Source of the DNA: a candidate division FCPU426 bacterium
GTDB lineage: Bacteria > Oederibacteriota > Muellerivitia > Muellerivitales > Muellerivitaceae
Direction of reading: 5' to 3'
Length of the DNA: 25,278 bases
NCBI GenBank assembly: GCA_963830915.1
Contig: CAWHOE010000029.1
Location: 1 to 25,278 of the forward strand
Below are positions 10,416 through 19,584 of this stretch, in pieces. A program made the position numbers and the translations under genes. Each line of letters starts with the position of its first letter. The first letter of the stretch is position 1. The notes under the pieces are model-generated. The model saw nothing but the letters and a program-made list of their open reading frames with translations. It did not search any database and was not told the origin of the DNA.

Positions 10416-10649
10416 ATGATCATCGAGATCCATTTCCATACCACCAGCCCGGATGGACTCCGGAAATTCGTCGAATCCCTCAAGTGCCCCATCGACCAGA
10501 TCACCCCCTCTTTCGATGACCTGCGGCAATTGGAAAGCGGTCATTATGAGCTGCGCTACGCAACCTGTTGCAAAGAGCTTTTCAACAAGGTTAAAAAGAA
10601 AGTCCTTTCCCTCCACGCGGACGTCAAGGTCATCCAAGGCCAGGAATAG
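10416..10649 (+). CDS. Small hypothetical protein (77 aa; alternative GTG start at 10410)
   Basis: Co-oriented ORF with host-like codon usage filling the gap after the PAS-like gene. No motif recognised. Confidence 0.55.
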   Translation: MIIEIHFHTTSPDGLRKFVESLKCPIDQITPSFDDLRQLESGHYELRYATCCKELFNKVKKKVLSLHADVKVIQGQE

Positions 10650-10871
10650 GTCGATTTAAAAAGCGCTTTCTCGTTGAACCCGCCTTCACGTGTTCCAAAA
10701 TTTTCCTCCAGATGAAAACCCAGATCCCTGACTTGCCATAACGGTTATGAATTTACGGGCCGCAAGAGGCGGTGGTAGCATCTTCCGGTGCGGTTGGTTT
10801 TCCAGTATCCATCGATGTTTTCTCCCTGAGTCCGTTGAGGCGAGGCAGTCAAAAAATACCGGAGGTTTCCT

Positions 10872-12037
10872 ATGTTGGACTTCGAGTTTCAGTGCCAGAC
10901 CCGTCTTTTGTTCGGCAAGGATTCAATCTCAAAACTCCCCGAGGAATTGTCGAAGTACGGCGCGAAAGTATTGTTGGTCACGGGGGGAAAAGCGTTCACG
11001 CTTCCGGTCTATATGATCGGGTGATGGCCGATCTGAAGAAAACGGACAAGCAGGTTTTTGAGGTGAGCGGCGTGAAGCCCAATCCCCGCGTGGACAGCGT
11101 TCGCGAAGGCGTGGCCATCTGTAAGAAGGAGAAGATCGACTTGATCCTGGGCGTGGGAGGTGGCAGCGTGGTCGACGCGGCCAAGGGTATGGCGGCCGGG
11201 GCCCTTTACGACGGCGATGTGTGGGACCTGTACCAGTACAAGGCCCCTACCCAGATGGCCTTGCCGGTGGGGTGCATCCTCACGCTGGCGGCGACGGGTA
11301 CGGAAATGAACGGCAACTCGGTGGTGTCGAACCTGGAAACAGGGGAAAAATTCGGTCTGGTCACCCCGCTGGCGCTCCAACCCCGCTTTTCCATCCTGGA
11401 TCCCCAGACCACCTATTCGGTCCCGGCGGACCAGACCGCCTACGGCTGCGTGGATATCATGTCGCACGTGTTCGAACAATATTTTAGCCAGGTCCTGGAA
11501 ACCCCCCTTGCGGACCGATTGTGCGAATCCATCCTGATCACCATGGTGGAGAACGCCCCCAAGGCGTTGAAGACCCCCAAGGATTACGATGTCCGCGCCA
11601 ACATCATGTGGTGCGGCACCATGGCCCTCAACAACATCGTGGGACTGGGCAAGCAGGGCGATTGGGCCACCCATGGCATGGAACACGAACTCTCCGCCCA
11701 GTACGATATCGCCCACGGCGCCGGGTTGGCCATCCTGTTCCCTCAGTGGATGAAACACGTGTTGAACGCTGGGCCGGCGAAGTTCAAGCAATACGCCATC
11801 CGGGTCTGGGGCGTGAAGACCGATGGAAAGAACGACCGGGAGATCGGCCTGGAAGGCATCGAGCGGACCAAGAAGTTCTTCAAGGAGATCGGCGCTCCCA
11901 CCTCCCTGAGCGATGTGGGCATCAAGGGGGACAAGATACCCGAGATGGCGAAAAAGGCCACCCGTAACGGGCCCATGGGTTCCTACAAGCGTTTGGAGAC
12001 CAAGGATGTTGAGGAGATCATGAAGGCCAGCTTATAA
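10872..12037 (+). CDS. Iron-containing alcohol dehydrogenase (BdhA/YugJ/YqhD-like), frameshifted at the G6A4 run 10982-10991
   Basis: GGAGG (10861-10865) and ATG 10872 give MLDFEFQCQTRLLFGKDSI...KVLLVTGG, a typical family N-terminus. One added base joins it to KSVHASGLYDRV... (388 aa). Motifs GGGSVVD, TLAATGTEMN and metal ligands DIMSH, HGMEH, HGAG. The N-terminus of track ORF 10772 is spurious. Confidence 0.9.
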
Positions 12038-12090
12038 TTCGCGAACACCGAAAGGCTAGTGGCTCGGTGAAAGAACCCGGGGAGGCAAAG

Positions 12091-12417
12091 GTGCTAGTTC
12101 TGATCGTGGATGTGAAGGTGAAGAAGGACCGTATCGAGGATTTCAAGAAGATCATCCTGGAGAACGCGCTGGCCAGCTCGAAAGAGCCGGGTATCACCGG
12201 TTTTGATGTGGTCCAAAGCGAGGAAGATGCTTCGCAATTCATCCTCATCGAGGCCTACAAAAGCAAAGAAGCGCATCTGGCCCACCGGGAAACGGCCCAC
12301 TACCTGAAATTCCGCGATCAGGCGGAAGCCATGATGGCCGAACCCCGCAAAGGCCTGAAATATATCAATGTATTTCCCGACGATGAAGCCTGGCGGAACC
12401 GAACTCCCTCGAGGTGA
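12091..12417 (+). CDS. ABM-domain protein (LsrG / putative quinol monooxygenase-like)
   Basis: GGAGG at 12081 and GTG at 12091. Pattern EPGITGFDV...FILIEAY...AHRETAHY. Confidence 0.85.
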   Translation: MLVLIVDVKVKKDRIEDFKKIILENALASSKEPGITGFDVVQSEEDASQFILIEAYKSKEAHLAHRETAHYLKFRDQAEAMMAEPRKGLKYINVFPDDEAWRNRTPSR

Positions 12418-12421
12418 ATCC

Positions 12422-13579
12422 TTGACTACCTTTGAAGTGACCATGCCGGGCAAGGTGGTTTTTGGCCCCGGCTCCATTGCCAAGCTGGGTCCTGAAATAA
12501 AGACGAAATCGACCCGCGTCCTGCTGGTCTATTCAGGCAACAACGATCGTATCAAACCGGCCCTGGCATCGCTTAAGGAACAATCCATCGAGGTTTCCCC
12601 TTTCGTAGTTCGGGGGGAACCCACCCTGGCCGCCGTCCGGGCGGGAGTGAAAGCCGCCAACGACACCGACTGTCACGCGGTCGCGGCGGTCGGCGGGGGA
12701 AGTGTGCTGGACGCTGGCAAGGCCATCGCCGCCATGATGACCAATCCCGGGGACCTGCTGGATTACCTGGAAGTCATCGGGGCGGGCAGACACCTATCCG
12801 CGGTTCCGGCCATCTTCATCGCCGTTCCCACGACAGCCGGCACCGGCACGGAAGCCACCCGCAACGCGGTCCTGACCTCGGAGGAGCACAGGGTCAAGGT
12901 AAGCTTGCGGCACGCCTCCATGGTCCCCAAAGTAGCCCTTCTGGATCCCAACCTGACCCTCGACCTTCCACCCGATGTCACAGCCTCCACCGGGATGGAC
13001 GCCCTCTGCCAATTGATTGAGGCCTTTACCTGCCGATCACCCAATCCTTTCACCGACGCCCTCTGTCGGGAGGGCATCCGCCGGGTCTCCCAATCGCTCT
13101 TGAAAGCCTATTGGGAAGGGTCCAATGTCCAGGCTCGGTCCGACATGATGCTGGCCAGCCATTTTTCCGGCGTGGCCCTGGCGAACGCCAAGCTTGGGGC
13201 GGTTCACGGGTTCGCGGCGCCCTTAGGGGGGATGTATAAGGCACCCCATGGAGCGCTCTGCGCGGCGCTCCTGCCGGCTGTGTTGGCCGCGAACTTGAAA
13301 ACACTTTCCGAACAAGGTCCTGGCCATCCAGTCCTGGCCCGGTATAAGGAAGTAGCCCAGATCGTCACAGGTGAAAAGGACGCGAGTCCTGAGGATGTGG
13401 CGGACTATTGCGAGCGGTTGAGAAGAGAACTGAACATTCCCCGCCTGTCCGACATGGGTGTCAAGAGGGAGGATTTCGAGGAGCTTTGCCAAAAGGCTTC
13501 CAAAGCTTCCAGCATGAAGGGCAACCCCGTGGACTTATCCCAAGAAGAGCTGTCCGGGATACTCTCCAGCGCATTCTAA
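12422..13579 (+). CDS. Iron-containing alcohol dehydrogenase family protein
   Basis: GAGGTG RBS and TTG start (MTTFEVTMPGKVVFGPG). Motifs GEPT, GGGSVLDAGKA, PTTAGTGTEAT, DALCQ, GAVHG, PHG. Confidence 0.9.
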   Translation: MTTFEVTMPGKVVFGPGSIAKLGPEIKTKSTRVLLVYSGNNDRIKPALASLKEQSIEVSPFVVRGEPTLAAVRAGVKAANDTDCHAVAAVGGGSVLDAGKAIAAMMTNPGDLLDYLEVIGAGRHLSAVPAIFIAVPTTAGTGTEATRNAVLTSEEHRVKVSLRHASMVPKVALLDPNLTLDLPPDVTASTGMDALCQLIEAFTCRSPNPFTDALCREGIRRVSQSLLKAYWEGSNVQARSDMMLASHFSGVALANAKLGAVHGFAAPLGGMYKAPHGALCAALLPAVLAANLKTLSEQGPGHPVLARYKEVAQIVTGEKDASPEDVADYCERLRRELNIPRLSDMGVKREDFEELCQKASKASSMKGNPVDLSQEELSGILSSAF

Positions 13580-13704
13580 AACTATCTCGCCACCCGAAAA
13601 TCACCATTCAAAACCTTGAACCAACCTAGCCGATTTTTTCAAAGTACTCCCGAAGCGAAAGGGTTAAAATCTAACGTGCTATCAAACCTCCTCAAGGAGC
13701 GCCC

Positions 13705-13992
13705 ATGAAACAGTGCCACCAGTGCGGGGAAGTCTGGGATGGTTCCCCCGGCACCCAGCCGGGACGTAACGAAACCTGCGTCAAGTGCGGGGCGGACCTG
13801 CATAGCTGTTTGAACTGCAGGCTCTTCGACCAACGTTCTTTCGGTTGTACCAGCCGGACGACCGAGGCCATCAAGGATCGGGAACGCCGGAATTACTGCG
13901 AAGAATTCGACTTTGGGGGGAAGCCCGGCTCGGATGGTAGCTCACCCAAAAGTGATATGGAAAGCAAATGGGGGAATTTATTCAATGGATAA
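13705..13992 (+). CDS. Small Cys-rich (probably metal-binding) hypothetical protein
   Basis: AAGGAG RBS. Three CxxC pairs (CHQC, CVKC, CLNC) plus two further Cys. Stop overlaps the GH127 start. Confidence 0.8.
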   Translation: MKQCHQCGEVWDGSPGTQPGRNETCVKCGADLHSCLNCRLFDQRSFGCTSRTTEAIKDRERRNYCEEFDFGGKPGSDGSSPKSDMESKWGNLFNG

Positions 13993-16042
13993 TCAAATCG
14001 AAGATCAAAAACCGTCCCAACCTACTCCACCCAAGCCCTTATCCCTGACCAAACCTTTGGTCATCCTGATCATCCTCGTTTTGGGCTGGGCGGGCTGGAC
14101 CCTATATCAAAATCATTTCCGCGCCAAGACCGAACCAGTCCTCTCAACCTTGATGCCAGTCGCCTTCCAACCCCTGCCGCTGGGCCAGGTCATGCCCAAG
14201 GGCTGGCTGCTGGATCAACTGAAACTCCAGGCTTCCGGTCTCTCGGGACACCTGGACGAGTTCTGGCCCGACATCAAGGACAGCGGATGGATCGGCGGAA
14301 GCGCCGAGGGATGGGAAAGGGCGCCCTACTGGCTGGACGGTTTGGTGCCTCTGGCCACCCTGACGGACGACCCGAAGATGAAGCGCAAAGTTAAACGTTG
14401 GATGGATTACATCCTGACCCACCCCCTCGCCGACGGATGGCTGGGGCCCTATAAGAGTCCCCCGGCCACCGGTTCCCAGGGCCAGCCTCCCGACCCTCTC
14501 GACCCTTGGCCCCAGTTCATCATCCTCAAGGTCTTGACCCAGTACCAGGAAGCCACGGGCGACCCCCGGGTCATCCCGGCCATGGAAAGGGACCTTCGTT
14601 CGCTCAGCGCCCAAATGGACCAGCGGGTCCTCTTCGCGTGGAACTTCTTCCGCTGGGGCGACCTGCTGGTGAGTATCGATTGGCTTTACGACCGCACGGG
14701 GGAACCCTGGCTGTTGGACCTGGAACGCAAGGCCGCCTCCCAGGGCTACAACTGGCCCAAGCATTTCAGCGATCTTCCCCTGAAGGAAAAGTCCAAGGGC
14801 TGGAACTGGGTGGGGCACGTGGTCAACAACGCCATGGGTCTGAAGGTGCCGGCCATGCTTTACCGCCTGACGGGTGACGGGGATTATTCCAAACTGGCGG
14901 ACAAGGCCTGGGAGCAGTTGGACCGTTATCACGGCGAGCCCAACGGCTTGATGAGCGGGGACGAGTGCCTGGCGGGGAAAAGCCCTTCCCAGGGAACGGA
15001 ACTTTGCGCCATCGTGGAAACCATGTTCTCGCTGGAAACGACCCTTTCGGTCCTGGGCGGCGTGCAGTTCGCCGACCGCCTGGAAAAGATCGCCTTCAAC
15101 GCCCTACCGGCGGCCATCAGCCCGGACTATTGGACCCATCAATACGTGGAGCAGTCCAACCAGGTAGCCTGCGTTTATTTTCCCAAACCCGTCTACGCCA
15201 CCGTGACCGGCGAGGGGAACATCTTCGGCCTGGCGCCCCACTACGGGTGCTGTACCGCGAACTTCCACCAGGGATGGCCCAAATTGGCCAGCCACCTGTG
15301 GATGGGAACCCCCGACGGGGGATTGGCCGCGGTGGTTTACGCCCCCTCGGTGGTGCAAACGAAGGTCTCGAGGACCAACGTGAAGATCGAACTCGCCACC
15401 GATTATCCCTTCAGCGAGGACCTGACCTTCCAGGTCTCTGCGGCCAGCCCGGTCGATTTCCCCCTTTACTTGAGGATACCCGCCTGGTGCAAGGACGCCA
15501 CCGCCACGCTACCCGACGGGAGTATCTTGAAGATGGTGGCGGGGAACTTCCAGCCTATCCGCCGCCGATGGAGCGGGACAGAAACCGTCCGCTTGAAACT
15601 TCCCATGACCTTCCGGGTCTATAAAGGTTTTCAGGATTCGGAAAGCATTGAGAGGGGACCCTTAGTTTTCAGTTTGGGGATCAAGGAGGTTTGGAAAGTC
15701 GCAAGGCCATTCAGGTTCCAGGCCAAGGATAAGTCCAGGGACGACTACGAGATCGTACCGGGCGGGCCTTGGAACTACGCCCTGGTTTTGGACAAGAGCG
15801 ATCCAGATAAAAGCCTGACCTTCCAGCAAGGAACTTTGAAAGGGAACCCTTTCACGCTGGATGGAGCACCGGAAAAGGTGATCGCCCAGGGCAAATTGCT
15901 GCCGAGTTGGGGGTTCTCCCAAGGGGCCGCTGACCCGCCGCCCCCAAGCCCTGTCCATGGCGCTGGGGCTTTGGAAAGCTTGACATTGGTGCCTTATGGC
16001 TCCACCAGGTTGAGGGTAACGTCCTTCCCCATATCGGAATAG
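13985..16042 (+). CDS. GH127/GH146-like beta-L-arabinofuranosidase with N-terminal membrane anchor
   Basis: ATG 13985 is preferred over the track start 13913. Hydrophobic LVILIILVLGWAGW. Motifs GWLLDQL, GWERAPYWLDG, HVVN, GDE, TELCAIVE, YGCCTAN (Zn-Cys site), LRIPAW, RGPLVF. Confidence 0.88.
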   Translation: MDNQIEDQKPSQPTPPKPLSLTKPLVILIILVLGWAGWTLYQNHFRAKTEPVLSTLMPVAFQPLPLGQVMPKGWLLDQLKLQASGLSGHLDEFWPDIKDSGWIGGSAEGWERAPYWLDGLVPLATLTDDPKMKRKVKRWMDYILTHPLADGWLGPYKSPPATGSQGQPPDPLDPWPQFIILKVLTQYQEATGDPRVIPAMERDLRSLSAQMDQRVLFAWNFFRWGDLLVSIDWLYDRTGEPWLLDLERKAASQGYNWPKHFSDLPLKEKSKGWNWVGHVVNNAMGLKVPAMLYRLTGDGDYSKLADKAWEQLDRYHGEPNGLMSGDECLAGKSPSQGTELCAIVETMFSLETTLSVLGGVQFADRLEKIAFNALPAAISPDYWTHQYVEQSNQVACVYFPKPVYATVTGEGNIFGLAPHYGCCTANFHQGWPKLASHLWMGTPDGGLAAVVYAPSVVQTKVSRTNVKIELATDYPFSEDLTFQVSAASPVDFPLYLRIPAWCKDATATLPDGSILKMVAGNFQPIRRRWSGTETVRLKLPMTFRVYKGFQDSESIERGPLVFSLGIKEVWKVARPFRFQAKDKSRDDYEIVPGGPWNYALVLDKSDPDKSLTFQQGTLKGNPFTLDGAPEKVIAQGKLLPSWGFSQGAADPPPPSPVHGAGALESLTLVPYGSTRLRVTSFPISE

Positions 16043-16153
16043 AAAAAGCCTTATCTCCGCCATCGGAGAAAGTGTTTCCGAGCCTCGGAAAGGCCAGGCC
16101 GTCCATCTATCGGAAGGAATTTTTTCTTCTAGGAGAAGTAATTGGTCTAAGTT

Positions 16154-16396
16154 TTATTTTTCCTTGAACTTGGCCTTGCAGTAACCCCAGATGACCCCAA
16201 TCAAGATAAGACATATGGCCAATGGGATGATAGTGATCCACGGGTCGATGGGGCTGGGATGAATGGCGGGGGCCGGTGGGATGATATTCGGGGTTGGGAT
16301 CAACGTCGGGCCCGGGGTTGGATCGGCCAAGCCCATGGCTGTGGCACCAAATGACAAGACCAAACCGATTAACATCATAAAGAAGCGATATTTCAT
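16154..16396 (-). CDS. Small exported/membrane protein (signal peptide, Pro-rich linker, C-terminal TM, basic tail)
   Basis: GGGGAG RBS before ATG 16396. MKYRFFMMLIGLVLSFGATAMGLA, then PTPGPTLIPTP, then WITIIPLAICLILIGVIWGY and KAKFKEK. Confidence 0.65.
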   Translation of the reverse strand: MKYRFFMMLIGLVLSFGATAMGLADPTPGPTLIPTPNIIPPAPAIHPSPIDPWITIIPLAICLILIGVIWGYCKAKFKEK

Positions 16397-16582
16397 AAAG
16401 TTCTCCCCCTTTTGTAATAGGTCATTATTAAAAGAAAAGAACGAAAAAAACAAGGCGCTAGGCAATTGAACTACCAAGGGCACCAAGTTCACCAAGGGAA
16501 ATAAAGACAAAAACCTCTTATAGTGTTTAGAAACTTCAACCGTCGAACTGAAATTGAAAGAAAACGGAGGTGAGGAGTGGGG

Positions 16583-16822
16583 TTATCTACCACTGCTCAA
16601 CAAGTCTCCGGCGGCTTGGGCGCCCTGGACAGCGGCTCCGGCCATGGAACCGGCTTTGGCCTCCCCAGGAGTAGGGGTCACCTGGGCCAAAGAAGGTTGG
16701 CTGGAGGGGCCCGATAACATGGGCCAGAGGTAGACGTAACCGGCATAGGTCAACCCGGCCAGGATGACGATGATCAAGACGGGCATCAAGGGACCTTCGC
16801 CTTTTGAATTGAGCTTTTTCAT
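16583..16822 (-). CDS. Small single-TM protein with a class III (prepilin-like) leader
   Basis: MKKLNSKG followed by hydrophobic PLMPVLIIVILAGLTYAGYVYLW and an Ala/Gly-rich tail. Confidence 0.6.
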   Translation of the reverse strand: MKKLNSKGEGPLMPVLIIVILAGLTYAGYVYLWPMLSGPSSQPSLAQVTPTPGEAKAGSMAGAAVQGAQAAGDLLSSGR

Positions 16823-17063
16823 AGCCACCGCCTTTCTTGTTAACGGCAAACCTAATATTCACCACAGAGGCACAGTTAAAAGCATTGTTTGTAATCCGAC
16901 AAAAGCAATAAGACAACATTTAGAGCTACCCTAAAGCTTATCACAGTCTTTTCCCTTTGATGGGGATAGCTCAAAACTCTTATAAATAAGAATGCCTTGA
17001 ATTAAAAAGCGCCAGGTTCGAAGTTTATGGGATGATATGGTCCGAAAGTTAAGGGAGAGTGTA

Positions 17064-17702
17064 ATGACCATTGCATTGATCGGGGCCGGCTTTGTCGGGT
17101 CCCAAATATTGAAAGAGGCCCTAAATCGGGATTATGCTGTCACCGTGATCGTGAGGCATCCTGAGAAAGTACCGGCCCAAAACAACCTGACCGTCAAAAA
17201 AGGTGACGTATTAGATGTGGCGGGTCTGGCCAGTCTATTGAAGGGCCATGAGGCGGTCATCAACGCCTTCAGCCCTGGCGCTGCCCACAAGAAAGCCTAC
17301 GGACTGATGTATCAGGGAACCCTGAATATCATGACCGCCGCGAAAATGGCGGGTGTGAAAAGGATATTGATTGTGGGCGGGGCGGGAAGTTTGGAAGTAA
17401 GCCCCAATCTCCAGTTGGTGGACACACCCGATTTTCCAAAGGAATGGTTCAACTTGGCCTCGGGACTGCGTGACGCCTTGAAAGAGATCAAAAAGGAAGT
17501 AGTCTTGGACTGGTCGTTTCTAAGCCCTTCCGCTTTGTTACAGCCGGGTGAGAGAACCAGCAAATACCGTATTGGATCAGACCAATTGCTGGTAGATGGG
17601 AACGGTGTAAGCCGGATCTCCGTCCAGGATTACGCGAACGCAATGATGGATGAACTGGAAAGACCCATGCATGTCAGGAAGCGCTTTACGGTGGGTTACT
17701 GA
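17064..17702 (+). CDS. NAD(P)H-binding oxidoreductase (YwnB / putative NADH-flavin reductase family)
   Basis: GGAG RBS. IALIGAGFVGS Rossmann motif, VGGAGSL, WSFLSPSA, PGERT, ISVQDYA, RFTVGY. Confidence 0.9.
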   Translation: MTIALIGAGFVGSQILKEALNRDYAVTVIVRHPEKVPAQNNLTVKKGDVLDVAGLASLLKGHEAVINAFSPGAAHKKAYGLMYQGTLNIMTAAKMAGVKRILIVGGAGSLEVSPNLQLVDTPDFPKEWFNLASGLRDALKEIKKEVVLDWSFLSPSALLQPGERTSKYRIGSDQLLVDGNGVSRISVQDYANAMMDELERPMHVRKRFTVGY

Positions 17703-17801
17703 CAGTCCCCCTTTCGTCATAAGGTGGGGTCTATGGTCAAAAAAAGGATTTTGAGGTAACTTAGTTAAGAAGCCTTCAATGTCGTTTGCCGAGGGGAACC
17801 T

Positions 17802-18524
17802 GTGAATTTTTCCCGAACTTTCATTTTCCTGGCGGTCCTACTCCTGCCGCCTCTATTGAGTTCCTGCTCGGCGCCTAATAATGTTCTTCCCAACCCCTAT
17901 TACAAAGGCTCCCCATTTTATCCTTACTTGATCCAGGCCCAGGTAAGCCGCCTGACACAGAATGGCACCCAGGGCATACCGGTAGCCCAGGTGACCTTAA
18001 GCGATCAAACTATTCCCGTCACCAACGCCAGTGTGACCCTGATCGCCACAAATGGATCTGCTCCTGTGACCGTTCCAGTAGCTTACAACCCTGGGTATGT
18101 CGATTATTTTAATCTGGCGGTCAGCGGCGGGGTCACCACCTGGGTCTATCAACCAGGTCAGGTCTATACAGTCCAGGTTTGGATATCCGGGATAGAATAT
18201 TCAGCCTCGGTCACCGCGCCTGGGGGTATCACCGTTCCTTTGCCGTCCTCCGGGTCGCCCGTGTCCTGGACCGTGACGGGGAACCAGAACAGCGCGGCGG
18301 TTACAGAACAATTCGTTCCTTATGCAACCACTTTTCAGGTGTCAGCATCATCAACCTCTCCCAATCCGAGTTCGCCCCTTACCCTGACCGGTGCCTATCC
18401 CCTTTCGGGCGATTACGGGGTCAGCATTACCTGTTCCCAAGTCAATTCGCCCGGTTTCAACAACAGTTATACGGGCTCCTATATGACGGCAACCGATGTG
18501 GATGATGAAACAGAGACGAAATAG
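17802..18524 (+). CDS. Predicted lipoprotein, Ser/Thr/Val-rich, beta-rich
   Basis: GAGGGG RBS and GTG start. Signal peptide with lipobox LSSC (Cys22). Confidence 0.7.
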   Translation: MNFSRTFIFLAVLLLPPLLSSCSAPNNVLPNPYYKGSPFYPYLIQAQVSRLTQNGTQGIPVAQVTLSDQTIPVTNASVTLIATNGSAPVTVPVAYNPGYVDYFNLAVSGGVTTWVYQPGQVYTVQVWISGIEYSASVTAPGGITVPLPSSGSPVSWTVTGNQNSAAVTEQFVPYATTFQVSASSTSPNPSSPLTLTGAYPLSGDYGVSITCSQVNSPGFNNSYTGSYMTATDVDDETETK

Positions 18525-18651
18525 TTATCCCGTTGGTATGATCATTGGAAAGTAAGTTACAAAGCCCCCCGATTATGATGTCAGTCATCAAAAGATGAAT
18601 CCGTAAGTCCTAATGTAGTGCCCGCAACTTATTCCAAACGGGGAATTCTCC

Positions 18652-19584
18652 ATGCTCGGCCTGGTTGAAATCGAAGAATTTATGGAAAGGGAATCGGCAC
18701 GCGTGGCCGCCGGTATCCGACGCCGAGTCCTGGAACATGTCATCAAGAATAACGGCGGTTACCTAAGCCAGGCCTGTTCCTCGGCCGAGATCCTCGCCTC
18801 TCTTTATGTGCGCATCATGAAGTTGGGTAAATTGGACCAACCCATCCTTCCCTCGAAATTCGTCGGTGTTCCAGGTGGGGGCAATATGAAGTACCGCCGA
18901 GGCGATTTTTACAACGGTGAGAAGGCCATCGACCTGGACCGTTTCATCCTCTCACCCACCCATTATTCCCTGGTCCTCTACGCGGCCTTGGTGGAAACCG
19001 GCCGCATGGACGAGGAAGGTTTCAGGGACTTCAACAAGGACGGCGGTATCCTGGAGATGATCGGCGCCGAGCATTCCCCCGGTATGGAAGTGATGACAGG
19101 CTCCCTCGGCCAGGGCATCAGCCAGGCGGCGGGCATCGCCCTGGCCCGGCGGCTCAAGGGCGAGACGGGCAAGGTCTGGGTCTTCATGTCCGACGGGGAA
19201 CTTCAACCGGGCCAGGTTTGGGAAGCACTCCAGTTCATGAGTTTCCACCATCTGGACAATATGGGCATCTACGTGGATGTGAATGGCCATCAATGCGACG
19301 GCAAGACCGCCGATGTCATGGGCATCGAACCCCTCCAAGCCCGTTTCGAGTCCTTTGGGTGCAGGGTATTCCGGATAAACGGCCACGACCTGTCGGCTTT
19401 GGCGGCGCCCGCCAAGACCTTGCCGGATGGAAGGCCTCTGGTAGTCCTTTGCGATACCTTGCCCTGGAACGGGGTGGAGCCCTTGAAAAAAAGAGCCCCC
19501 AAATACCATTACTTGCGTTTCTCCAACGAGAAGGAAAAGAAAGAATATGAGACGGTCCTGGAAGAAATGAAGAGGCGGGTTTGA
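18652..19584 (+). CDS. Transketolase, N-terminal (ThDP-binding) subunit, atypical
   Basis: DRFILSPTH, TGSLGQG, ThDP motif SDGE...N. Alternative start at 18682. Confidence 0.9.
   Translation: MLGLVEIEEFMERESARVAAGIRRRVLEHVIKNNGGYLSQACSSAEILASLYVRIMKLGKLDQPILPSKFVGVPGGGNMKYRRGDFYNGEKAIDLDRFILSPTHYSLVLYAALVETGRMDEEGFRDFNKDGGILEMIGAEHSPGMEVMTGSLGQGISQAAGIALARRLKGETGKVWVFMSDGELQPGQVWEALQFMSFHHLDNMGIYVDVNGHQCDGKTADVMGIEPLQARFESFGCRVFRINGHDLSALAAPAKTLPDGRPLVVLCDTLPWNGVEPLKKRAPKYHYLRFSNEKEKKEYETVLEEMKRRV

Noticed and set aside
10772..10871. N-terminal extension of the 421-aa track ORF, and ORF 10747-11016
   Set aside because: Artefacts of the frameshift. The real start is ATG 10872 with a GGAGG RBS in another frame.
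12990..13025. His-to-Gln change in the second Fe-ADH metal motif (DALCQ) as a sign of inactivation
   Set aside because: D-x3-Q is a known subfamily variant among Fe-ADH-like proteins, and the other ligands are intact.
17705..17731. Terminator after the YwnB-like gene
   Set aside because: Only an imperfect hairpin with no adjacent T tract.
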